Shown piece by piece: positions 1 through 12,388 of a stretch of DNA of 64,000 nucleotides; position 1 is the stretch's first letter; every line of letters starts with the position of its first letter. Position numbers and translations under genes: made by a program. Source of the stretch: Eledone cirrhosa (Eukaryota). The notes below the pieces were generated by a model that saw nothing but the letters and a program-made list of their open reading frames with translations, searched no databases and had not been told where the DNA came from. The stretch lies in the NCBI GenBank assembly GCA_964016885.1, contig OZ024745.1:70556001-70620000 (forward strand), written 5' to 3'.

Positions 1-7
1 TAGTAGC

Positions 8-38
<31 letters not shown>

Positions 39-118
39 ACATCAGTAGTAGTACTAGTAGTAGAAGTAGTAGTAGTAGTAGAAAAAGTAGTAGTAGTAGT
101 AAAAGTCGTAGTAGTAGC

Positions 119-154
<36 letters not shown>

Positions 155-190
155 TATAGTAAAAAAAGTAGTAGTAGTAGAGTTAGTAGT
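1..190 (+). repeat. (TAG)n trinucleotide microsatellite
   Basis: Imperfect tagtagtag run. Confidence 0.95.
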
Positions 191-595
191 GAGGGGTTAG
201 TGGTGCACATCTAACGTTACTAGTGCTGTGCCCTCAGTCGACGCTATTGATGCAGCTGTCAGATTTATTTGCTGCATATGTGCAACATGCGCATTGGCTG
301 CAGTTAGTCAAGGTATTCTTGACTAAGATGTTGTTAGCTATATTTCTTTCAGGTAATACATCTTCATTATATATATCTCCCTATCTCTCCTCCTGCTACA
401 CCTCCTCCCGTCTCTAGTTATCCCCCCCCCTCTTTCTTAATCACTACCTTTCACCATTTTTCTCGTATCTCACCTCCTCCTCCTTTAGATCTCAGTCTCT
501 AAACACTTTCCCCCTCTTTTTTCTCTCACATATTCTCTCTGTCTTTACTCCTCTACTCTTCTAGCTCTATTTTCTAGGCTGCTCTTTCCTCCCTA

Positions 596-640
596 TGTAT
601 ATATATATATATATATATATATACATAAATAAATAAATAA

Positions 641-683
<43 letters not shown>

Positions 684-1586
684 TAAATATATATAGATAT
701 ATATATATATATATATATTTATTTATTTATTTATATGTAAAAACATATATGTATATGTGTAGATACATATATGTATCTACACATATATATAAGTACAATA
801 AATATATATTTATATATATAATATACATATATATATATATATAATATACATATATATATATATATATATATAATATACATATATATACATATATATATAC
901 ACATATATATATACATATATATATATACATATATATATACACATATATATATACACATATATATATATACACATATATATATATATATACATATATATAT
1001 ATGTAGATACATATATGTATATATGTATATACATATATGTATATATGTAGATACATATATGTATCTACATATATAGGAAAAAGTATGACCCCGACGGCAG
1101 AGCTCAAGCTGTTTCGACGGCTATTTCTGGACTATTTGAGTCCAGAAATAGCCGTCGAAACGGCTTGAGCTCTGCCGTCGAAGTCATACTTTTTCCTATT
1201 TCCCACTCTACTACCCTAAGTATTGAGTACTCTGGTGCGTTATGGTCCATCTGGTTCCTTACCACAATTCCTTTGTTATCTACATATATATATGTATGTA
1301 CAATAAATATATGTATATATATAATATACATATATATATATACATATATATACATATATATACATATATATCTACAATATATATATATATATATATATAT
1401 ACAGATATATATATATATATACATATATATATACATATATATACATATATAAACACATATATATCTACAATATATATATATATATATAATATATATATAC
1501 ATACATATATATCAACATATATATCTACAACATATATATATAGATATATATATAATATACATATATATATATCCATATATATATAC

Positions 1587-1622
<36 letters not shown>

Positions 1623-1628
1623 CTACAA

Positions 1629-1692
<64 letters not shown>

Positions 1693-1710
1693 AGATATAT
1701 ATATATATAT
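596..1710. repeat. Compound (TA)n microsatellite interrupted by a family A element
   Basis: TA/TACA runs; the YIYI ORFs here are artefacts. Confidence 0.95.
1073..1279 (+). mobile_element. Family A element: about 127-nt palindrome plus about 80-nt tail (putative PLE terminus)
   Basis: Arms 1073-1133 and 1139-1199 are near-perfect reverse complements around loop ATTTG. The tail ends CCTTTGTTAT at (TA)n. Homologous copies at 16867, 19582, 40953 and 43809. Confidence 0.8.
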
Positions 1711-1932
1711 GAATGTGTGTGTGTCCCTCTCTTGCTCTCACTATGTATGTTTCACTTTAACTCCAACCTTCACCCCCCCCCCCTCAGTTTCTATCCCTCT
1801 CCCTATCTCACAGCATCAATCAACATATCCCCCTCTTGCCACCCCCACCGCCGCCTCAATGCATCAGTTCTACTCCCCATACCATTGTCTACAGATCGAT
1901 TTGTAAGTCGAATAATTGATGTTGAAAGTGGA

Positions 1933-4900
1933 GCCGCCATAGATGAGAGACACTCTGTTTCCCCTCTGTTCCTAACAGACGCCGCCGCCATAGATGAGAG
2001 ACACTCTATTTCCCCTCTGTTCCTAACAGACGCCGCCGCCATAGATGAGAGACACTCTATTTCCCCTCTGTTTCTAACAGACGCCGCCGCCATAGATGAG
2101 AGAGACTATGTTTCCCCTCTGTTCCTAACAGACGCCGCCGCCATAGATGAGAGACACTCTATTTCCCCTCTGTTCCTAACAGACGCCGCCGCCATAGATG
2201 AGAGACACTCTATTTCCCCTCTGTTTCTAACAGACGCCGCCGCCATAGATGAGAGAGACTATGTTTCCCCTCTGTTCCTAACAGACGCCGCCGCCATAGA
2301 TGAGAGACACTCTATTTCCCCTCTGTTCCTAACAGACGCCGCCGCCATAGATGAGAGAGACTATGTTTCCCCTCTGTTCCTAACAGACGCCGCCGCCATA
2401 GATGAGAGACACTCTATTTCCCCTCTGTTCCTAACAGACGCCGCCGCCATAGATGAGAGACACTCTATTTCCCCTCTGTTCCAAACAGACGCCGCCGCCA
2501 TAGATGAGAGACACTCTATTTCCCCTCTGTTCCTAACAGACGCCGCCGCCATAGATGAGAGACACTCTATTTCCCCTCTGTTCCTAACAGACGCCGCCGC
2601 CATGGATGAGAGACACTCTATTTCCCCTCTGTTCCTAACAGACGCCGCCGCCATAGATGAGAGACACTCTATTTCCCCTCTGTTCCTAACAGACGCCGCC
2701 GCCATAGATGAGAGACACTCTATTTCCCCTCTGTTCCTAACAGACGCCGCCGCCATAGATGAGAGACACTCTATTTCCCCCTCTGTTCCTAACAGACGCC
2801 GCCGCCATAGATGAGAGACACTCTATTTCCCCTCTGTTCCTAACAGACGCCTCCGCCATAGATGAGAGACACTCTGTTTCCCCTCTGTTTCTGACAGACG
2901 CCGCCGCCATAGATGAGAGACACTCTATTTCCCCTCTGTTCCTAACAGACGCCGCCGCCATAGATGAGAGACACTCTATTTCCCCTCTGTTTCTGACAGA
3001 CGCCGCCGCCATAGATGAGAGACACTCTATTTCCCCTCTGTTTCTAACAGACGCCGCCGCCATAGATGAGAGACACTCTATTTCCCCTCTGTTTCTAACA
3101 GACGCCGCCGCCATAGATGAGAGACACTCTATTTCCCCTCTGTTCCTAACAGACGCCGCCGCCATAGATGAGAGACACTCTATTTCCCCCTCTGTTCCTA
3201 ACAGACGCCGCCGCCATAGATGAGAGACACTCTATTTCCCCTCTGTTCCTAACAGACGCCTCCGCCATAGATGAGAGACACTCTGTTTCCCCTCTGTTTC
3301 TGACAGACGCCGCCGCCATAGATGAGAGACACTCTATTTCCCCTCTGTTCCTAACAGACGCCGCCGCCATAGATGAGAGACACTCTATTTCCCCTCTGTT
3401 TCTGACAGACGCCGCCGCCATAGATGAGAGACACTCTATTTCCCCTCTGTTTCTAACAGACGCCGCCGCCATAGATGAGAGACACTCTATTTCCCCTCTG
3501 TTTCTAACAGACGCCGCCGCCATAGATGAGAGACACTCTATTTCCCCTCTGTTCCTAACAGACGCCGCCGCCATAGATGAGAGACACTCTATTTCCCCTC
3601 TGTTCCTAACAGACGCCGCCGCCATAGATGAGAGACACTCTATTTCCCCTCTGTTCCTAACAGACGCCGCCGCCATAGATGAGAGAGACTCTGTTTCCCC
3701 TCTGTTCCTAACAGACGCCGCCGCCATAGATGAGAGACACTCTATTTCCCCTCTGTTCCTAACAGACGCCTCCGCCAAAGATGAGAGACACTCTGTTTCC
3801 CCTCTGTTCCTAACAGACGCCGCCGCCATAGATGAGAGACACTCTATTTCCCCTCTGTTCCTAACAGACGCCGCCGCCATAGATGAGAGACAATCTATTT
3901 CCCCTCTGTTCCTAACAGACGCCGCCGCCATAGATGAGAGAGACTCTGTTTCCCCTCTGTTCCTAACAGACGCCGCCGCCATAGATGAGAGACACTCTAT
4001 TTCCCCTCTGTTCCTAACAGACGCCGCCGCCATAGATGAGAGACACTCTATTTCCCCTCTGTTCCTAACAGACGCCGCCGCCATAGATGAGAGACACTCT
4101 ATTTCCCCTCTGTTCCTAACAGACGCCGCCGCCATAGATGAGAGAGACTCTGTTTCCCCTCTGTTCCTAACAGACGCCGCCGCCATAGATGAGAGACACT
4201 CTATTTCCCCTCTGTTCCTAACAGACGCCTCCGCCATAGATGAGAGACACTCTGTTTCCCCTCTGTTCCTAACAGACGCCGCCGCCATAGATGAGAGACA
4301 CTCTATTTCCCCTCTGTTCCTAACAGACGCCGCCGCCATAGATGAGAGACAATCTATTTCCCCTCTGTTCCTAACAGACGCCGCCGCCATAGATGAGAGA
4401 GACTCTGTTTCCCCTCTGTTCCTAACAGACGCCGCCGCCATAGATGAGAGACACTCTATTTCCCCTCTGTTCCTAACAGACGCCGCCGCCATAGATGAGA
4501 GACACTCTATTTCCCCTCTGTTCCTAACAGACGCCGCCGCCATAGATGAGAGACACTCTATTTCCCCTCTGTTCCTAACAGACGCCGCCGCCATAGATGA
4601 GAGAGACTCTGTTTCCCCTCTGTTCCTAACAGACGCCGCCGCCATAGATGAGAGACACTCTATTTCCCCTCTGTTTCTAACAGACGCCGCCGCCATAGAT
4701 GAGAGACACTCTATTTCCCCTCTGTTTCTAACAGACGCCGCCGCCATAGATGAGAGACACTCTATTTCCCCTCTGTTCCTAACAGACGCCGCCGCCATAG
4801 ATGAGAGACACTCTATTTCCCCTCTGTTCCTAACAGACGCCGCCGCCATAGATGAGAGACACTCTATTTCCCCTCTCTTCCTAACAGACGCCGCCGCCAT

Positions 4901-7900
4901 AGATGAGAGACACTCTATTTCCCCTCTGTTTCTAACAGACGCCGCCGCCATAGATGAGAGACACTCTATTTCCCCTCTGTTCCTAACAGACGCCGCCGCC
5001 ATAGATGAGAGACACTCTATTTCCCCTCTGTTCCTAACAGACGCCGCCGCCATAGATGAGAGACACTCTATTTCCCCTCTGTTCCTAACAGACGCCGCCG
5101 CCATAGATGAGAGACACTCTATTTCCCCTCTCTTCCTAACAGACGCCGCCGCCATAGATGAGAGACACTCTATTTCCCCTCTGTTTCTAACAGACGCCGC
5201 CGCCATAGATGAGAGACACTCTATTTCCCCTCTGTTCCTAACAGACGCCGCCGCCATAGATGAGAGACACTCTATTTCCCCTCTGTTCCTAACAGACGCC
5301 GCCGCCATAAATGAGAGACACTCTATTTCCCCTCTGTTCCTAACAGACGCCGCCGCCATAGATGAGAGACACTCTATTTCCCCTCTGTTCCTAACAGACG
5401 CCGCCGCCATAGATGAGAGACACACTATTTCCCCTCTGTTCCTAACAGACGCCGCCGCCATAGATGAGAGACACTCTATTTCCCCTCTGTTCCTAACAGA
5501 CGCCGCCGCCATAGATGAGAGACACTCTATTTCCCCTCTGTTCCTAACAGACGCCTCCGCCATAGATGAGAGACACTCTATTTCCCCTCTGTTCCTAACA
5601 GACGCCTCCGCCATAGATGAGAGACACTCTATTTCCCCCTCTGTTCCTAACAGACGCCGCCGCCATAGATGAGAGACACTCTATTTCCCCTCTGTTCCTA
5701 ACAGACGCCGCCGCCATAGATGAGAGACACTCTATTTCCCCTCTGTTTCTAACAGACGCCTCCGCCATAGATGAGAGACACTCTATTTCCCCTCTGTTCC
5801 TAACAGACGCCGCAGCCATAGATGAGAGACACTCTATTTCCCCTCTGTTTCTAACAGACGCCTCCGCCATAGATGGGAGACACTCTATTTCCCCTCTGTT
5901 CCTAACAGACGCCGCCGCCATAGATGGGAGACACTCTATTTCCCCTCTGTTCCTAACAGACGCCTCCGCCATAGATGAGAGACACTCTATTTCCCCTCTG
6001 TTCCTAACAGACGCCGCCGCCATAGATGAGAGACTCTCTATTTCCCCTCTGTTCCTAACAGACGCCTCCGCCATAGATGAGAGACACTCTATTTCCCCTC
6101 TGTTCCTAACAGACGCCTCCGCCATAGATGAGAGACACTCTATTTCCCCTCTGTTCCTAACAGACGCCGCCGCCATAGATGAGAGACACTCTATTTCCCC
6201 TCTGTTCCTAACAGACGCCTCCGCCATAGATGAGAGACACTCTATTTCCCCTCTGTTCCTAACAGACGCCTCCGCCATAGATGAGAGAGACTCTATTTCC
6301 CCCTCTGTTCCTAACAGACGCCGCCGCCATAGATGAGAGACACTCTATTTCCCCTCTGTTCCTAACAGACGCCTCCGCCATAGATGAGAGAGACTCTATT
6401 TCCCCTCTGTTCCTAACAGACGCCTCCGCCATAGATGAGAGACACTCTATTTCCCCTCTGTTCCTAACAGACGCCGCCGCCATAGATGAGAGACACTTTA
6501 TTTCCCCTCTGTTCCTAACAGACGCCGCCGCCATAGATGAGAGACACTCTATTTCCCCTCTGTTCCTAACAGACGCCGCCGCCATAGATCAGAGACACTC
6601 TATTTCCCCTCTGTTCCTAACAGACGCCTCCGCCATAGATGAGAGAGACTCTATTTCCCCCTCTGTTCCTAACAGACGCCGCCGCCATAGATGAGAGACA
6701 CTCGATTTCCCCTCTGTTCCTAACAGACGCCGCCGCCATAGATGAGAGACACTCGATTTCCCCTCTGTTCCTAACAGACGCCGCCGCCATAGATGAGAGA
6801 CACTCTATTTTCCCTCTGTTCCTAACAGATGCCTCCGCCATAGATGAGAGACACTCTATTTCCCCTCTGTTCCTAACAGACGCCGCCGCCATAGATGAGA
6901 GACACTCTATTTCCCCTCTGTTCCTAACAGACGCCGCCGCCATAGATGAGAGACACTCTATTTCCCCTCTGTTCCTAACAGACGCCGCCGCCATAGATGA
7001 GAGACACTCTATTTCCCCTCTGTTTCTAACAGACGCCTCCGCCATAGATGAGAGACACTCTATTTCCCCTCTGTTCCTAACAGACGCCGCCGCCATAGAT
7101 GAGAGACACTCTATTTCCCCTCTGTTTCTAACAGACGCCTCCGCCATAGATGGGAGACACTCTATTTCCCCTCTGTTCCTAACAGACGCCGCCGCCATAG
7201 ATGGGAGACACTCTATTTCCCCTCTGTTCCTAACAGACGCCTCCGCCATAGATGAGAGACACTCTATTTCCCCTCTGTTCCTAACAGACGCCGCCGCCAT
7301 AGATGAGAGACTCTCTATTTCCCCTCTGTTCCTAACAGACGCCTCCGCCATAGATGAGAGACACTCTATTTCCCCTCTGTTCCTAACAGACGCCTCCGCC
7401 ATAGATGAGAGACACTCTATTTCCCCTCTGTTCCTAACAGACGCCGCCGCCATAGATGAGAGACACTCTATTTCCCCTCTGTTCCTAACAGACGCCTCCG
7501 CCATAGATGAGAGACACTCTATTTCCCCTCTGTTCCTAACAGACGCCGCCGCCATAGATGAGAGACACTCTATTTCCCCTCTGTTCCTAACAGACGCCGC
7601 CGCCATAGATGAGAGACACTCTATTTCCCCTCTGTTCCTAACAGACGCCGCCGCCATAGATGAGAGACACTCTATTTCCCCTCTGTTCCTAACAGACGCC
7701 ACCGCCATAGATGAGAGACACTCTATTTCCCCTCTGTTCCTAACAGACGCCTCCGCCATAGATGAGAGAGACTCTATTTCCCCCTCTGTTCCTAACAGAC
7801 GCCGCCGCCATAGATGAGAGACACTCTATTTCCCCTCTGTTCCTAACAGACGCCGCCGCCATAGATGAGAGACACTCTATTTCCCCCTCTGTTCCTAACA

Positions 7901-8826
7901 GACGCCGCCGCCATAGATGAGAGACACTCTATTTCCCCTCTGTTCCTAACAGACGCCTCCGCCATAGATGAGAGAGACTCTATTTCCCCTCTGTTCCTAA
8001 CAGACGCCTCCGCCATAGATGAGAGACACTCTATTTCCCCTCTGTTCCTAACAGACGCCGCCGCCATAGATGAGAGACACTTTATTTCCCCTCTGTTCCT
8101 AACAGACGCCGCCGCCATAGATGAGAGACACTCTATTTCCCCTCTGTTCCTAACAGACGCCGCCGCCATAGATGAGAGACACTCTATTTCCCCTCTGTTC
8201 CTAACAGACGCCACCGCCATAGATGAGAGACACTCTATTTCCCCTCTGTTCCTAACAGACGCCTCCGCCATAGATGAGAGAGACTCTATTTCCCCCTCTG
8301 TTCCTAACAGACGCCGCCGCCATAGATCAGAGACACTCTATTTCCCCTCTGTTCCTAACAGACGCCTCCGCCATAGATGAGAGAGACTCTATTTCCCCCT
8401 CTGTTCCTAACAGACGCCGCCGCCATAGATGAGAGACACTCGATTTCCCCTCTGTTCCTAACAGACGCCGCCGCCATAGATGAGAGACACTCGATTTCCC
8501 CTCTGTTCCTAACAGACGCCGCCGCCATAGATGAGAGACACTCTATTTTCCCTCTGTTCCTAACAGATGCCTCCGCCATAGATGAGAGACACTCTATTTC
8601 CCCTCTGTTCCTAACAGACGCCGCCGCCATAGATGAGAGACACTCTATTTCCCCTCTGTTCCTAACAGACGCCGCCGCCATAGATGAGAGACACTCTATT
8701 TCCCCTCTGTTCCTAACAGACGCCGCCGCCATAGATGAGAGACACTCTATTTCCCCTCTGTTCCTAACAGACGCCGCCGCCATAGATGAGAGACACTCTA
8801 TTTCCCCTCTGTTCCTAACAGACGCC
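1933..8826. repeat. 51-bp GC-richer minisatellite, about 135 units
   Basis: Unit GCCGCCGCCATAGATGAGAGACACTCTATTTCCCCTCTGTTCCTAACAGAC, highly homogeneous, with occasional 52-bp units (5 C). Confidence 0.98.
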
Positions 8827-8938
8827 TTACGTTAACAACCATCAAGCAGAAATATCAGTCTGCTACTTGGTTCGTTCCTTCACTCCATTGTTTGTTTGTG
8901 TACTTTCTTTTTATTTTGTTTTATTTTATTTCATTTTT

Positions 8939-8945
<7 letters not shown>

Positions 8946-8982
<37 letters not shown>

Positions 8983-8985
8983 TGT

Positions 8986-9058
<73 letters not shown>

Positions 9059-9175
9059 TATATATATGTGTGCGTGTGTGTGTGTGTTTGTGTTTGTTAT
9101 GTAGGCAAGAGGGTGCCACTCTTCTGCACCTCAACCTATTCCCACTGATAATTTCGTGTTCCCATATATATATAT

Positions 9176-9224
<49 letters not shown>

Positions 9225-9225
9225 A

Positions 9226-9258
<33 letters not shown>
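8946..9258. repeat. (GT)n and (TA)n microsatellites
   Basis: Direct observation. Confidence 0.9.
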
Positions 9259-9319
9259 GGGAGAAAGAACTCATAAGAGTCAACGATCATCCAAAAGTGT
9301 GTAAATATGTATATACACA

Positions 9320-9570
9320 TGTACGGTGCGGTTAAACCACTGCGAGTGAAGGACCCCTAGCCTTTGTCAGGGCATTCTTCTATTAGAAGGCAACTCAGGA
9401 AAAGGGATAACTCCGATATAAAACCTGCGGCTCAGTAGTTACCGATGATGTTGATCTTTTCTTGTTTTCGAGTTATAGCTACTGTCGCTCAGAGAGTGGG
9501 ATTGGCTCAGTGCACAGTCTTTCCTCACTTTAAAAAATATGTTCACGCACAGGCATTGCACGATAGACTT
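9320..9570 (+). mobile_element. Old dispersed repeat, diverged homolog of 29515-29735
   Basis: Shares blocks AAAGGGATAACTCCGATATAAAACCTGC / AAAGGATGAATCCGGTATAAAACCTGC and CAGTGCACAGTCTTTCCTCACTT / CAGTGCAAACTTTTCTTCACTT. Confidence 0.55.
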
Positions 9571-9719
9571 AATTAATAATTATTAATAATAGTATATCGT
9601 GCAATAGCCATACTCGATAACGAGAGGGCAGCCATCATATATATATGTATATATATATATATATATAAATGTATATATAAATATATATATTGATATATAT
9701 ATATAAATATATATATGAT

Positions 9720-9750
<31 letters not shown>

Positions 9751-9852
9751 AAATATATAGAAACATATATATATATATATATGTTCGTGTATCAAACTTT
9801 CTTGTTTGTTTTTTTATAAGCAGACAAACCAAATATTTTTATGTGTATTTCA

Positions 9853-10040
9853 TAATTGTTTCTACTTTGGCACAAGGCCAGCAATTATCCCAGTACGTTA
9901 CTGGTACTTTATTTTTCGACCCTGTAAGGATGAAAGGCAAAGTTAACCTCAGCGGGATTTGAACTCAGAACGCAAAGGAGCGTAACTCTATGTTGCAAAG
10001 CATGGCGTCCGACCCTCTACCGACACTGGCAATCTAACGC
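9853..10040 (-). mobile_element. tRNA-derived SINE, near full length, with target site duplication (TSD)
   Basis: B-box GAGTTCAAATCC on the minus strand and central GCCTTTCATCCTTACRGGGTCGA block. TSD TTATGTGTATTTCATAAT at 9839-9856 and 10043-10060. Confidence 0.9.
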
Positions 10041-10282
10041 ACTTATGTGTATTTCATAATGTAAGGTTGCGTTTGTCCCAGCATTTGGTCCTGGCTTCAG
10101 GTCCGCTACACATTGAATAAATGTCTTCTACTGGATCCTTAGATTGATTCATGACTCTTAAATAGAATTTGGTAGGAGGAAACTTCATAAGTCTGTCCTA
10201 TGCACACATAAACACACTCACATACAAACACACATATACACACATATATATATGTGTGTGGGGGCGGGGGGGGAGAGAGAGC

Positions 10283-10320
<38 letters not shown>

Positions 10321-10415
10321 GCTCTCTCTCTCTCTCTCTCTCTCTCATATGTCCCAAGGCGCTGATACCATCAACACTATACACACAGAGCTGGCATATC
10401 TAAGAACTGACTAAC

Positions 10416-10467
10416 TGCCTGATGAGGTCATAGCCATTCAATGGCTATCATCGAAATATATATAGCA
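10416..10467 (+). ncRNA. Minimal type I hammerhead ribozyme motif
   Basis: TGC-CTGATGA-stem II (ATAGCCAT/ATGGCTAT)-GAAA-TATATA-TA-GCA, followed by AATAAA. Confidence 0.75.
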
Positions 10468-10546
10468 ATAAATAAAGGATTATGAGTTCATGCAATTAAC
10501 TTATGTTTCGTCACTATATATATATATATATATTTATTAATATTAC

Positions 10547-10641
<95 letters not shown>

Positions 10642-10806
10642 GTTTATTTGCGTGTATGTGAGTGTGTCTATTTTTGCTTACATCGCATAACTTAGCTTCG
10701 GCAAAAACTTAGATCGATAAAATAAATACCAGTCTTGAAGGAACTACGTACTGGGTTCGATATGATCGACTAATCTCTGGTGATACCGCCGTCTAATGAC
10801 TCAAAC

Positions 10807-10849
<43 letters not shown>

Positions 10850-11062
10850 GGGAAATTTTCAATAATATTGATTCATGATATTAAGTCACATTTTTGGGGT
10901 GAATAATCTTGGAATGTGCATAGAAAGAATATTTTACTTCATCTATGTATGTAATGAAAAATGTTACACACATCCTTTTCAACCAAGTCATTTAATATTA
11001 AATGCCAAAGGCAAAACAAGGTGGAGTAGAAAGTTAAAAATGGAAAGAAGAGGCGAACAGAT

Positions 11063-11209
11063 ATGTATTGAAGAGGTCACCGTATGAGGCGAAAGATCCT
11101 TGACTAACTAATGAATAACTAGTAATAGAGATACAGTGAAAATCATATGATACGTGTGTTGATTTTTATGGATAATATGGGCAACAGGACCACCCCAAAT
11201 ATAACAATA
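11063..11209 (+). mobile_element. Old family B (Neptune-like PLE) 3' end with degenerate HHR
   Basis: TTGAAGA-G-GTCAC..GAGGC-GAAA-GATC-CT-TGAC, then GGCAACAGGACCACCCCAAATATAACAATA, matching the family B end GGCAACATGACCCTCCCAAAGTATAACAATA. Confidence 0.6.
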
Positions 11210-12292
11210 AAATAAATTATTTTCATTTAATATACTCATATATAAATTAGAATAAAACTCATGCATTATAGCGATAAATAAAACACCTTTTATTTTAGTT
11301 GGTTATAGGCATTATACATAGGTTCACGATTATATATAGCGTTTGCTTAAAAATCGATCGACAAGATCCCAGACTTCATTCGCTTAACGAGTAGTTTGGA
11401 GCTCGTCAAATATGACCGAGGAAACAATGTTTCCATTGGTCTTTCCAAATGACAGAAATAATGTTACTGACGTTTGTGTTTAATTTGTTTTATTATTTAA
11501 ACTACATATGTCTCCATGTTATTTATAATTGTTTGCCTTCTGCAAATCTTGGAATGATCCTTTGACTTTTATAATTCATATTGAATTACTGCATGTTACA
11601 TATGTCTCCGAGAAATTAATTTTTTCAAATAATGTTTTCCCATGAAATATACATATCTTCTCCCTCACAAAAATTTCAAAATGTCAGTTCATTGTGTCTA
11701 GCACTTTAAACGAATTTATATATCCAGAGAAACAAAGGATCTGAAATATTTGACATTCTAAATCATATGTATGTGTGATTCCATTTAAAAATATTTAGTA
11801 ATAAAATACTTTGAAATTAGCAGTAAATAACGAAACATTAACATTTTTTTTATTTAATGAAACACAAAAGGGAAAATGAGATCACGAAGTCAGTAATTCC
11901 TAAATATGTTTATGATACTAACAGTTTCATACGCTCCCAAGTAACTCGTATTCGATAATGAAAGGATTAGTTTATTTCTGATTCCTGTTCGAAAAATTAG
12001 AAATGCCGTTATTAAATTTTTAAAGATGAGAAATTGAATTACAAATAGAAGCAATATATTTATGCAATTGCATTTATGCCTAAATCATATCAAAAAGACA
12101 AAGTTTAATCACATTTCGTCTACGCCCTTGAATCGTCTCCTTATTCTCCCACACTCTATTTGACTCTCACATGTTCGTACTTCCACCAGCTTTTCCAATC
12201 GAACATGTTTGGTAATTATCTAAGGTGACAAAGAAGGCATAATAATTAGGTAGACACAACGAACAGGGTGACAAGCCCAAACACAACAATTT

Positions 12293-12388
12293 AATAATTG
12301 TTTCTACTTTTAGCACAAGGCCAGCAATTACTCAGTACATTACTGGTACTTTATTTTATCGACCCCGTAAGGATGAAAGGCAAAGTTA
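12293..12388 (-). mobile_element. 5'-truncated SINE copy
   Basis: Same family as 9853, flanked by an ACAACAATTWAATAAT duplication. Confidence 0.85.

Noticed and set aside
1933-8826. CRISPR-like array or long repeat protein
   Set aside because: There are no unique spacers, and repeated 1-bp insertions break the frame. The ORFs follow from a stop-free 51-bp unit.
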